From assembly GCF_009914755.1 (NCBI RefSeq), contig NC_060933.1: 64,000 nucleotides of DNA; one strand, 5' to 3'. The notes below the pieces were generated by a model. It saw nothing but the letters and a program-made list of their open reading frames with translations, was not told the DNA's origin and made no database searches. The position numbers and the translations under genes were made by a program. Below, one piece after another: positions 17,131 through 30,694 of the stretch (positions within the stretch are counted from its first letter, which is position 1; the number at the start of each line of letters is the position of its first letter). Source of the stretch: the human T2T-CHM13v2.0 reference genome, Homo sapiens.

Positions 17131-18289
17131 ATAATACATCTGTTACCAGGCAGTGGCCTTTGATGATTTCCTATAGCTACAAATTCTACAAAAAGGAAAA
17201 TTGGGTGCCTTTTTATGCTTTGAAATCACATATAATTTCTGCCAGTAATTTTTGTTTCTAGGCAAGTACGGACTTTTTGAGAGGAGCTTAATAACGTTTA
17301 ATTCAGAATTAAAAAAAAAAACGTCAGCCCATACCTGAAGTTTCCCGTGTCACCAATGGACTAAGGATGCAGACTGTCAGTTTCACTCAGTTTATGTGAT
17401 AATGGCATACAAGATAGAATAATGAGGTCTTTTTCTAAGTTTAGAAACAAGGCTATTTCAAACACCTGAACTTTTTTTTTTTTTATAACTTGCTTGAATT
17501 TCATCTGCTGTGTTTTATTAAGTCAAAAGAATTAGGAAGGCTTGTTGATTTTTGCATGGCTTTGGCTCCACATTTGATACAGGAAACCTCACCTTTCCCC
17601 TCCCTGTCTCTTGTCTTTGCTGCCCCCTGCCTGGATGGAGTATGTTCCAGTATGATGGAGCAATTGTTTCTTTTTGTCTGTTGATTTCCATTAGGTGCAG
17701 TGGGCATTGGTCATTGTGCTAAGTATACCATGCAAGAACACATTCAGTTATTACGTTTATGGTATTTTAAATATGTAACATACTTATGCAGTTGAAACCA
17801 TAAATTGTAAGATTTTTAGTCTTGTCCATAGATTAACGGTTTAAAATAAAATTATTGTGTCTCTTACTGACAGCTGGTTAAATCAGTATTTTCAAAGTAT
17901 CAATTTACTAAGTTTTGTCATGTGCCTCTATAAGGAATTCACAGTCTTCCTCTGCGCTCCCACAGCCTTTTTATTTTTCCTTCCCAGGAAAAATTTTAGA
18001 GACACCAAAAGGATTCTTAAAGTATAAAAATGAATTTCACTGTTTTTGAAAATAAGTACTATTTTTTTCTTAATACCTGGCATTCTGCTCATGGTTGCAG
18101 CACTGTAAATTGCTGAAAGTTATAGGTCATTACACATGAAGAGGCTTAAAAATGCCGTTTGATCTATAGTTAACTACAAAATATGGAGGGGGAGCTATAT
18201 GCACACAGTGTCTGCCATAGCATTAGTTATACTAGCAAAAAAAAGGAAATGGCTTAAATGACTGCTAGGGATATGGTTAATTATATAGT

Positions 18290-18640
18290 AAATATTGCTA
18301 TTTACAAATTTAAATTAACTAAAATTAAACATTGCATTCTTCAGTTGCAGTAGCCACATTTCACATGTTCAGTAGCCACATGTGGCTAGTGGTTACTGTG
18401 TTGGACAGCACAGCTATAGAACATCGTCACCATGGTAGAAACTTCTGTTGGAGAGTACTGCTAGACAGGTGCTTCTCAAACATTATTTTCCCCGTCACCT
18501 CCCTGATGGGAGGTGCTTCTCAAACGTTAATGTGCATATTAATCACATAGGGGCTCTAGTTAGAATGCATATTTTTATCAGTAGGTCCAAGTTAGGGCTT
18601 GAGATTCTGTATTTTTAACAGGCTCCCAGGGGTTGGCTAC
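18290..18640. mobile_element. MER3/MER33-like fragment followed by MER5-like fragment
   Basis: tagccacatgtggctagtgg...ttggacagcacag; gtgcttctcaaac...attctgtatttttaacaggctcccagg. Confidence 0.65.
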
Positions 18641-19764
18641 GTAATACCCAAAGGGTGGGGTTCTTGCCTTTATTCTCCAATTCTAATAGGAAAGGCATGT
18701 GTTTGAAGCTCAGGACTCCGTATGTAGGCTCACTGGCTTTATGGGATTAACCAGGCTCATTGCTAGGTGGTACTAATGTGTCCCTCTTTTCTGTGGGAAC
18801 CATCATCTGATGGTGCCCCAGGTCTGGGAGGGAACGATTGACCTTGTGTGTTTCCTATGGGGCCAACCTTGATGGTGACATTTAGCTGAGCAGCTCTAAT
18901 AATTGTTTTTTCAACCTGCCTTTTTGACAAAGCCGTTTATGATTATCTTTATCTTGGTGCCTATTATGGGGGTGGTGGTTTGTATGTATGTTTGTTTTTT
19001 TAAAGTGAAGCTATGTTTTAGTGTTATATAAGTTTAGTCAGGTTTAAAATTATAGGGTACACAGGGCTGTGCCTGTGTTGCCAAATTAGCACCTTCCTTT
19101 TGGCTTATTAATGGCTTCTTTGTAATTACAAATAAGAATGATCTGTTTATAGCTTAGCTTAGTGTATCAGAACTAGGAACATAGAGGTCTTAAATGTAAC
19201 TATCAGCTGATTTTTTTTTTTTTGGTCTCATATCTTATGAAAATTGGACTCATGCAAATTTGCATTCAAATTGTGACCAGGCACCTGTTAGCTGTGGGGC
19301 CTTGCCATGGGCAAGTTCCTTGAGATCTCAGGCCTTCTATTTTTGTATGTGAAAAAAGCAGGAGTAGGGTTAGGGTATAGGGTTTTTGGAGGATTAATAG
19401 GCAATAGCCATAAAATACTTAGCACGGTGTCTGGCATATTGTTAATGTCCAATCAGTGATGATGTGTTTCAGGCCCCCCCTTTTCCATGGTGTTCACAAA
19501 GGCGTAGGCATTAGGGAGCTTGTGCATATATACCAAAGCTGACTGTTCAAACAGCCAGAAATAAAATCCGACTCGACTCCCTTTCTGCACCCTCTTCTTA
19601 CCAACTCACTGCAGAAGACTTATTGGGCTGTGTTGACTGGACCCAGGCCAGTGGTGTGGAAATAGCTATCATGCTTGTGAAGATGTTCTGAGTTGTCAGA
19701 GTGATTGAATCCATGATTGGTCTGGTGCCCAAGCACCAACAATCATGTTTTTGTTTGTGTGTTT

Positions 19765-19919
19765 GTTTTTTAAGAGACAGGGCCTCACTCTGTCACCCAG
19801 GCTAGAGTGCAGTGGTGCCATCATAGCTCACTGCAGTCTCAAACTCCTGGGTTCAAGCAGTGCTCTCTCCACAGCCTCCCAATGTGCTGGGATTACAGGC
19901 ATGAGACACTGAGCCCAGC
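19765..19919 (-). mobile_element. Alu monomer (FRAM/AluJ-type)
   Basis: Single arm. Confidence 0.8.
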
Positions 19920-19999
19920 TGGGATTTCTTTTGGTGTGAAGGCCAGTGATCAGTCACTAGTAGGTTTTGGAAGGCACAATAGGTGTATAGTGGAGAGGC

Positions 20000-20385
20000 A
20001 AGGTTCTTCAGTGGAAAGGATATAAGCTTTCTAGTCACACCAGCCTGAGTTAGAATCTGTCCTCTGCCACTTTTTACTTGTATGACCTCAACCAACTTAC
20101 TTTACTTCTGACTTCAGTGTCCTTTCTGTAAAATGAGTCTATTAATAATGATATTGATAATAGCTAAAATTGAGCATGTACTATGTGCCAGGCATTACCT
20201 TGATTTCTCTACATGCACTGTCTGATTAAATTCTCACAACAACCTTAGAGAGGTGGGTCTTGTTACTGCTACTGCCTCTGCTTTACAGATGGAGGAAACT
20301 GAGGCAAGGAGAAATTAAGTAACTCGCCCAAGGTAAAGGGTGGAGCATGGATTTGAATCCACACTTTCTGACTACAGACTCTACG
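20000..20385. mobile_element. Two MIR fragments in opposite orientation
   Basis: cagtgtcctttctgtaaaatgag and tttacagatggaggaaactgaggc cores. Confidence 0.7.
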
Positions 20386-20394
20386 ATGTGATCT

Positions 20395-20730
20395 TTTTTT
20401 TAAAACAGCTTTATTGAGATATAATTCATATACCATACAATAAAAGTGTGCAACCAGTGGCTTTTAGTACTGTATATTCACAGAGTTGTGTGGCCATCAC
20501 CACAATTCATTTTAGAACATTTTCTTCACCCCAAAAGGAAACTGCATACCCATTAGCAGTCACTCCTCATTTCCCCCAAACTCCCATAGTCTTAGGGAAC
20601 CAGTAATCTTTCAGCCTCTGTGGATTTGCCCCTCCTTGACATTTCACATAAATTTGTCATTTTATGTCACATAATTTGTCATTTTATGTCTGATTTCTTT
20701 TGCTTGTTTTATATATATATGTGTGTGTGT

Positions 20731-20780
<50 letters not shown>

Positions 20781-21283
20781 TTTCTGGAGGCAGAGTCTCA
20801 CTCTGTCGCCCAGGTTGGAGTGCAGTGGCACAATCTGGGTTCACTGCAACCTCCGCCTCCCCAGTTCAAGTGATTATCCTGCTTCAGCCTCCCCAGCAGC
20901 TGGGATTACAAGTGCCACCACACCTGGCTAATTTTTTGTGTTTTTAGTAGAGATGGGGTTTTACCAGGCTGGTCTTGAACTCCTGAACTCAAGTGATCCA
21001 CCTGCCTCGACCTCCCACAGTGCTGAGATTACAGGCGTGAGCCATCGTGCTTGGCCCTGCTTATATTATTTTTAAGGATCATCCATGTTGTAGCATGTGT
21101 AGATACTTTGGTCCACCTTATTGTTGAGTAACAGTTCATTGTATGGATATACCACATTTCGTTTATCCAGTCATCAGTTGATGGACATTTGGGCTGTTTC
21201 CACTTGTTTGCTATTTTAAATAATACTGTTATGAACATTTGTATACAAGTTGTTGTGTACACATGTATTTTCAATTTTCTTGA
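20395..21283 (-). mobile_element. L1MB 3' fragment interrupted by a TA/TG/CA microsatellite (20710-20778) and an Alu (20785-21056)
   Basis: L1MB 3'UTR text on both sides of the Alu. Confidence 0.8.
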
Positions 21284-21860
21284 GTTCTGTGATGTACTTG
21301 TTGGTTTTGTTTTTCTTTTTTTCTACCATGTGTTCGTAATGCTCTTCTGAGAGGAAGAAAACAGACTTTCTTACTTGGGAGTGGTCAGCTTATTTGCTGC
21401 TACAATATTAATGATGGAAAACCCTTATCAAGAGTGCTTATCCTGTGATGGGTACTGAGCAATGCTCTCCAGAAGCATTACTTTATTCAGTTCTCAGAAT
21501 TCTAATAGGGTAGGGATCTTGACCTCATTTTGCAGATAGGCAACCAAGTCTTACCAAGTGAACTGTTCCAGATCACAGAGCTTGGAGAGTGTGTAGGGGG
21601 ACTGAGCTTAGACCCAGGTGTGTGTGACGGCCTCCAGAACTCCTGCCACTGTGTTATGTGGACACCATTGTCTACCTCCCATTGGAAGGTTTACCAGCCT
21701 GGATTTTACAGAGTGCTTTCATGGGGTTTGCCTGGTTTCACCCTGTGAAATGGGTGATGATGCCATCGTTTGATGAAGCAGCAGTGGAATTGAGTGAGCG
21801 CCCAAGCTCATGGGTGAATTGAGGCGCAGTCTTGGATGGAGGTCTGTTTTTGGAGTTTAA

Positions 21861-22295
<435 letters not shown>

Positions 22296-23056
22296 TAGGT
22301 AAATAAAGGAGAATGTGGTTAAAAAACACAACTCAGTAAACCTGGCACTCTTCAGTAGTAGGTCTGGGATCTAGTTGTGTTGATTCTGGTGACCTATCAC
22401 AAACCCCTCTCTAAGCTTATTGCTTTTTGCTGTTAAACTTGGTCATAAGCAAGCTGCGTCCATTGTGAAGTGTGTGCTGTGAGCACATCGCATACACTAG
22501 ATTTAATCATCCACTGCCGGCACTCAGTGCATTGTGAAGGGAGGGTAAGGAGCTGGTGAAATCACATGTGAAACTGAAATACTTGTGGAATAAACGATGA
22601 AAGGGTTTTGTTTGTAAAACAAACGCTACAGAAAGTATTGTTGGATGCGGTGGCAACTAGTTTATTGCTACCAAGAGGGGTTTAAGTTTGAATAGACCAC
22701 AGGTAAGTGCCCTGAAGCCAAAAGGACTTGGTTTATAATGTTAAAAATTATTCGTTTTTGGAAGAACAAGAGTTGAACTCATTTTCTGCCTTCTCTGGGA
22801 AAAAGCATTTCCTGTTTTGTTATTAGACAGCTGTTTCAAAGTTTTGTCCAGTAAGCAGAATTTTGACTAAATTCTTCACAATAGTTAAAACCAATTTCCT
22901 GGGGGCAGGTGGGGAACTATAAAAGTCCTCTTTTCATCTGGAGGTAGGTTTACCTACCAGCCTAGGCCAGCTAGCTGTTTCTTTACACTATCCCTTTCTA
23001 AGGATTTGAGTTCGTTTGTAAAATGACATAGCAGACACAACATAATACCAGAGGGG

Positions 23057-23370
23057 GCTGAACGTGGTGGCTCACATCTGTAATCCCAGCACTTTGGGAA
23101 GCCAAGGCAGGAAGAGTCTCAGGAGTTCGAGACCAGCCTGGGCAACATAGCGAGACCTTGTCTCTACTAAAATTAAAAAAAATTAGCCAGGTGTGGTGGC
23201 ATGTGCCTTTAAGTCCCAGCTACTCCGGGGCTGAGGCAGGAGGACCGCTTGAGCCCAGGAGGTTGAGGCTGCAGTGAGCCCTGATTGTGCCACTGCACTC
23301 CAGCCTGGGCGACAGAACAAGATCCTGTCTCAGACATACACACACACACACGCATGCACGTACGCACGCA
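23057..23370 (+). mobile_element. AluJ with CA-rich tail
   Basis: Alu dimer followed by (CA)n-like sequence. Confidence 0.85.
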
Positions 23371-24195
23371 CCAGAGGGAAACATCATGCAGAAAACCATT
23401 GGCCCATTTATTGGATGGTGTCCTCCCGAAGTTTCACATCTGCTGTTTGGAGCTACTGAGAACCTGGCTGATTTCATTTAGTGCTCCCTCTGTCTTACTT
23501 TGTCTTTCCTTCCTTTCTTTCCTTTCTCCCTCCTTTCCTTCTTTCCAGCTATCCAGTAACATGTATTAAGGACTCAGCATGTGGAAAGCACGCATGACAT
23601 TGTTCATGGAGACGAGGGTCTGGAGTCAGGCAGCAGCTCGGATCCCATCTCTGACAGTGGTGGGCTGTGTACACTCTCTGGCCTCAGCTTCCCTATTTGT
23701 AAAATGGGGATGGTGGTGCTAACTCACAGGGTTGTGGGCATTCAGGGAAAAATTGTATATTTAGTACTGGGTGTGGTGCCCTGCCAAATGTTAATGACTT
23801 CCTTCCTCTCCAGTTTTCACACTTACCTTGTCTCCCATTTCTGAGGTGAATATGCATTTTAAGGCTCCCAAGCCATAGATTAAGCTGTTTTGACATGTCT
23901 GTCCCTGCTGAGAACGTGAAATCCTGTGTGTGTTATTAAACAGTTTACTGCCCGGCCGCACTGAGTACTCGCAATGTCTTGAACACCCTTGCAGGTTACC
24001 CCTCCTGGCTCTGAACGGGTGTTCCCTCTATGCAGAACGCCCACCCACCTGACCAGTTAGTCATCCTTCAGCATGGAGCTGTGGGAGAGGGAGCCTCCCT
24101 GTGGTTGGGACATACCTCCCTCCACCCCAGGCCTCTCATCCTCAGTTAACAACCCGCCTGTGCCATCAATTACACTGTTTTGTGGTTTTTTACAC

Positions 24196-24497
24196 CTTTT
24201 TTTCTAGACACAGGATCTCACTGTATTGCCAAGGCTGGAGTGTGGTGGCATGATCATAGCTCACTGTAGCCTCCAACTCCTGTGCTCAAGTGATCCTCCT
24301 GCCTCAGTGTCCTGAGCAGCTAGGACTATAGGCACATGCCACTGCACCTGGCTAGATTTTAACATTTTTCTTTTTGTAGAGATAGGATCTTGCTTTGTTG
24401 CCTAGCCCAGTCTTGAACTCCTGGGCTCAACTGATGCTCCCACTTCAGCCTCTTAAAGTGCTGGGATTATAGGCTTGAGCCACCATGGGGGCTGGCC
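24196..24497 (-). mobile_element. AluJ
   Basis: Alu dimer. Confidence 0.85.
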
Positions 24498-25856
24498 TCG
24501 CTTCACATTTTATGTAGTTGCTATAACCCCACCACTCACCCTGCTCCAGCCCATGTCACCTTTTCTCTTTCCTAAATGTACTAAGCTTGTTTCCCACCCC
24601 AGGGCCTTTGCATTTGCTGTTCCCGCAGCAATCTGGAGAGCTGTTCAGATTTTCCTAGGATTAATTCTTCCCAGTCTGCCATCCCATGGCACTTATTACT
24701 ACCTGAGATGATGATATATATTGACTCTTGTCTGCTTTCTCTGCTAAAATCCTCCCTGTGAGGAAACGAGTTTGGCACATATCCCCTGGCAGCATCTGAC
24801 ATGGCATAAGTACTCAGGGAGTATATGTCGAATGAATGAGCCTCTTGGTGGGCTCTTGTACTTGCACTGAATTGTAATTGCTTGTTTACACATCCCACCT
24901 CCCCACTGGGCTGTGTGACTTCCTTTGCATCATAACTTGGGGTGATTTGTCTTTCTGTCCACAGGGCCAGGTGCATGGTTGCTTTTGGGTCTGTAAGTAT
25001 GGAAGCTAGGAATCTTTGAGAAGGCACATCCTTAAACCCATAAGCTCTTCTCATGGAGGTAGCTGTCCAACACAAAATGTCCTTCTGATGCCATTGGTAG
25101 AACAAGTACTGGTTGGAGCAGGCTGCAGTTGTTCTTACGTTCTGATGGCCATCCTCTACTGTCCCCTCCCCCTTTTCTTTGTCAGGTCTTTGCCCTGTGC
25201 TGTTCTTTGGACCCTGAACAAACCCTTCTCCCCACCCCGCTAATCCTGTCCTTTCCTTCAGACCTCATCTCGGTGTCCCTGGCTCATGGAAACCCTCCCT
25301 GGCCAACCTGCCTTGATCAGATGCTGGCTCCTGCAAAGCTTCCTGAGGGCAGTGCTTTATTTGTTTTGCTCTTCATTTGTTCCTCAGAGCACATTGCACT
25401 TGGTCGACATTTGTTGAATGAATGAGTAAAGAATTAGTGATGGCATATTTACATACCCATGTTCATGGCAGCGTTTTTCACTATAGTCAAGAGGTGAAAG
25501 TAACCCAAGTGTCTGTTGACAGATGAGTGGATAAACAAAATATGTCATATACATACAATGGAATATTATTCAGCCTTAGAAAGGGAGGAACTTCTGACAT
25601 ACGCCGCCACCACGTAGACGAACCTTGAGGACATTATGCTATGTGAAGTAAGCCAATCACAGGAAGACAAATCTTGTGTGAGTCCACTTATATGATGTGT
25701 CTAATGTAGTCAAATTCATAGAATCACAAAACAGAATGGTGGTTGCCAGGAGCTGAGGGGAGAGGGAAATGGGGAGTTGTTTGATAGGCATGAGTTTCAG
25801 TTTTGCAAGATGAAGAGTTCTTGAGTTCAGTATATTCTGAAGTGTGAATATACTAC

Positions 25857-26216
25857 TGTCTTAGTCAATTCCTACTCCTGTAACTGGGAAGTTTATAAAA
25901 AACAGAAATTTATTTGCCCACAGTTTTGGCTGGGAAGTTGAAGATCCAAGGCAACAGCAGATTTGGCATCTGGTGAGGGCAGCTCTCTCCTTCCAAGATG
26001 GTGTCTTGTTGCTGTATCCTTACATGACAGAAGAGGTGGAAAGCAAGGGGGTTTAGCTCAGTCCCTCCAGCCCTTTTGTAAGAGCACAAATCCCATTCAT
26101 GAGGTTGGAGCCCTCTTAATCACCTCCTAAAAGCTCCTCCCCTTAACACTTACTGTATTGGGTCTTAGGTTCCAGCACATGAGTTTTGGTGGGACACATA
26201 CATTCAAACCTTAGCA
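25857..26216 (-). mobile_element. MLT1A-type MaLR solo LTR
   Basis: tgtcttagtc...cattcaaaccttagca termini and typical internal text. Confidence 0.8.
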
Positions 26217-26225
26217 GGTGCTACA

Positions 26226-26682
26226 CTGTATACCCTAGAAAAATGAGAGGTTAGGAGTGCCGACCCTCACACAGTCAAAAATCCATGTATAACTTTTGAC
26301 TCCCCCAAAACTTAACTAATAGCTTGCTGTTTACCAGAAAACTTACCATAACATAAACAGTCAATGAACGCATTTTATATGCTATATGTATTATATACTG
26401 TTTTGTCACAGTAAAGTAAGCTAGGGAAGAGAAAATACATTTATTACTCACTAAGTGGAAGTGGATAGTCCTAAAGGACTTCATCCTGATTGTCTTCATG
26501 TTGAGTAGGCTGAGGAAGATGACGGTTTGGTCCTGCTGTGCCCAGGCGGCAGAGGCGGAAGAGGTGGAGGAGGTGAAGGGGAGGCAGGGGAGGCAGGCAC
26601 ACTCTGTATAACTTTTATTGAAAAAAACCCATGGATAAGTGGACCAGGGCAGTTCAAACCTTGCTGTTCAAGGGCCAACTGT
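26226..26682. mobile_element. Tigger2a/MER28-like DNA transposon
   Basis: Terminal ...gttcaaacc...gttcaagggccaactgTA matches the Tigger2 TIR plus TA. Confidence 0.75.
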
Positions 26683-27107
26683 ACTTAGAAATGGTTAAGA
26701 TAATAAATTTTAGGTTATATATTCTTCAGCACAATTAAAAAAAAGAATTAGTGCTGCTAGAAACTATGACCTCTGGAAATCACTGTAGAAGAATCTGGAA
26801 TTCTTAAATTCTAGGACACCTCTGACTTCTGGGTAGTATGCATGAACTTAAGGGAAAGAAGTATTTATTTCCTCATGAGGATAAGCTCAGGTGTTTTCCT
26901 TAGGACTGTCAGAGTGAAGGAGTGGGCTGGCCTGAACCCTCCCCGAGTTGCCTGGGTTCTCAGGCTCCTCTGCACCTGGAGCTAGTGAGCCAGCCCCCTG
27001 GCTGGTGTGTACAGAGCCTGCACATGTCTGCATAGCCTAGGTTGAGGTTTGGACACTTGCTTAGATTCCAAGGTCCTCCTTTGTACCCATTTATTTATAT
27101 AATAAAT

Positions 27108-27710
<603 letters not shown>

Positions 27711-28878
27711 AAAGTGTAGGATTTGAAACATAAACTTGTATTCATTTTTGATCTCATTTAACTGTCATAACATGAAGAACTCAACTCTTAGGGAAGGACA
27801 CACATTTCCCAGTGCCTGTCCAGCACCAGCACGAGTGCTTTGTAGAGATTGCCTCATTTCTTGCCGACATTGCCCTTCTGAAGTGTAGATGGTTTTATCG
27901 CCACTGTATAAAGAAGGGTATAGTGTATCCAACGCCCCACAGCTAAGTGACAGGACAAGGATCTCACTCCAGATCTTGTGACTTTAAAAATCACTTTCTT
28001 GGCTCTGCTTCTCCTTGTTTCCTAGATGGTGGCCATCTCATGGTCCAGATTTATATACATCTCAGCCTCAAATCAAATGGCACACTTTACATTTGCATGC
28101 TGTTTGGCCAAGCCCATTGGCATATAACATACACTATGGTAGCAAGAATTGGCCAGAGGCTCCCCAAGACCAGACTTCTGAATTCCTAACCCCAGCTCCC
28201 AAGCCCCAGGCATCCCATAAAATCTTTGCTAGATGTTCAGAAACCTAAAATTTGCTTCTCCACCCCTCCCTTCTCCCCAAGTGGTAAAGACAAAGAACAG
28301 ACGGCAGGGCTCTTTGTTATTCTTTTATCTGCTAAGTTTACAAAAAGGTTAGACAGTGGAACTTTGCTGAGCAAGCATTCTGTCCCTGAGTTGTCTCTGA
28401 GCAGCACCAAATGAGTCTTATCTTCCCCTTGTTATCTCCAAGGACGTAAAACATTTTCTTTTCATGCTTTTTAATTTCTGTGTAACATTAGCCATTCAGT
28501 TGACCTGAAACATTGCTAGTTTATTTCTAGCTGGCGTGTGTGTGTGTGTATCAGAGGGTCTATACTGTATAAATACTTCTCTAAATATTCTTTTCCATAA
28601 TGTTGCTCTAAAGTGTCTCATTTACTCAATTCTGTCAACTTAGATGCTGAATCATTTTATGTGCTTAAAAGAAATATCTACTCGGATGCTCTAGTTCCCT
28701 GGCAAGGGAGAGAGAGGGAGAGAAAGAAAGCTGTTGAAGTGGTGCAAATCCAAACTGCTTTCTTTTTTGCTCATAAGTAGTGCTTTTCAAAGCGTTTGGC
28801 ATCCCTGCCATATGGATGTGTCACTGTGTGAGATGACAACAGGATTTGCTGGAAATGTGGGCCACTATTGTATCCGCC

Positions 28879-28894
28879 TTACGTAACCACGTGG
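28879..28894. promoter_or_regulatory. Adjacent PAR-bZIP/NFIL3 D-box (TTACGTAA) and E-box (CCACGTGG) upstream of the alternative first-exon ATG
   Basis: Two perfect 8-bp palindromes abutting, about 70 bp 5' of ATG 28961; function untested. Confidence 0.5.
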
Positions 28895-28960
28895 AGTGAT
28901 GGAAATGGGTGAGCAGCCCGGAATGTAGGCGGTGGCCTGGCCCATGCATCTCCAGAGACC

Positions 28961-29113
28961 ATGAAGACTGCTCAAGCCCTACATAGGATGTGGATCCAGG
29001 CTGTTAAAAAGTTGAGGAGATGGAAAGGCCGTGTGAGTCCCTCTGCAAGCTCTCCCCTTGTTTTCCCCAACCTTTCTTCATGGGAAGGGGAGGGAAGCAA
29101 AACCATTCTCACA
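28961..29113 (+). CDS. TJP2: TJP2 alternative first coding exon; two phase-0 donors give a 24-aa (ends 29032) or 51-aa (ends 29113) N-terminus
   Basis: ACC-ATG start; reads MKTAQALHRMWIQAVKKLRRWKGR|VSPSASSPLVFPNLSSWEGEGSKTILT; GTGAGT at 29033 and 29114, both in frame with exon 2 (GCC CCA GGC ATG); matches my recollection of annotated ZO-2 isoform N-termini. Confidence 0.88.
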
Positions 29114-30355
29114 GTGAGTCCTTTATCCTCAGATTGATTTGTGCTTCTGGCATCTTTCAGCAACAAATTGTGAGATTGTAGGTTGTAGTCACTGGTGGGT
29201 TTTTAAAAATACTTGTATTAATTTTAGCAGATCTATGTGAAACTGATAGCCTCTTACTGGATCTGTGGATCAAAGGCTGCTGTTTTCCATGTGCTAGGAA
29301 TCTGTAATGGTTTTGCTTCCTGGGTAGAGCTTAACATACTGGCTTTTGTGTTTGTTCATGTTTGAGAATTTCTTGTTTTGGGATAAAACTTTTTGCTTTC
29401 TTACACTGCAGAAATCTATATTCTTATTATGTCTAGGCTTCTAACTTAGAAGAAAAAGTGTTTTTCACATGTTCTTTTTTCCTCTTACAGTTTGAACATG
29501 TGTGAGTGTTTACTTTGATGGCTTGAGACTTTTATGAAGCATGTCCCTTATGTGGACAGCTTTCGATTAATCTTTGGTTTTAGCTTTGACCTCCATCACT
29601 GGGCAGCAGCAGTCTGTGGATACAGAATCTAAAAGCCGCCTGTTCAGGGGGACTTTGGGCAGTGAACACTTCGGTATCTGTTTTGGGGTTGGCTTTTAAC
29701 ATGTTTCTACATTCTTTATGTAAAATATATAGGATTTTTACCTATCTGGCCAAGATTTTTCAAAGGAAAAAAGCTTTATAAAAAGATTTAAAAAAAACAC
29801 AATAAGTAACTATTTGCCTTAGTTCCTTTCTCTTCTTTTGTCACACAAAAACCTTACTGTTAATGCATTAAGTTTTTTGTTTATGGTAGAAAAGTTAGCT
29901 CACTTTTAACTTTCCATGAGGTCTTAAGAATGACCTGTTAGATATAAAGGGGGTTGTCATGAACACTACTTACGTGAAAAGTAAAAGTGATAAGGAAAGA
30001 TGATGAAAGCACATTGAAGATCCTCCTAATGGATAGAATGTTGACACTTGGATTAAAAAGGTGACTTGGCGTTTTCTGCATACACCTCCCCCCACAACTC
30101 CCCAGACCTAACCTGCGTCCCCACTCTGCCCACCGCACCTGCCTTGCTTTACCCTCTTTGCCCCTTTCAAATTACTGGTACCATCCTTCAACTCGCCCTC
30201 CTTCCAGTTGAAATTATTATCCCCTCTTCACTTTGCAAAATTCTAACTGCATTGAAAAATTTGCTGTTAAATATACTCGTACCTCTTGGGTATTAGATCC
30301 TTCACCAGGAGTCAGTATTCATTTTGGTGTTCACCCACTCATCTCCCTATTTTTT

Positions 30356-30678
<323 letters not shown>

Positions 30679-30694
30679 CTCATCTCCCTATTTT

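Larger units (their letters stand above)
25445..26744 (+). mobile_element. 5'-truncated L1MB carrying nested MLT1A and Tigger2 insertions
   Basis: L1MB 3'UTR resumes after the nested elements; TSD aaagaattagtg at 25428-25439 and 26742-26753. Confidence 0.75.

Noticed and set aside
18467-18525. 15-bp direct repeat aggtgcttctcaaac around a small hairpin
   Set aside because: Duplicated MER5 terminus; only two copies, not an array
21029-21274. ORF resembling the L1 ORF2 C-terminus (KWKQPKCPSTDDWINEMWYIHTM)
   Set aside because: Decayed L1MB fragment, not a functional gene
24581-25105. 174-aa minus-strand ORF
   Set aside because: Overlaps degenerate L2-like sequence; no recognisable domain or splice support
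28568-28573. TATAAA about 390 bp upstream of the alternative ATG
   Set aside because: Common hexamer in AT-rich DNA; TSS unknown
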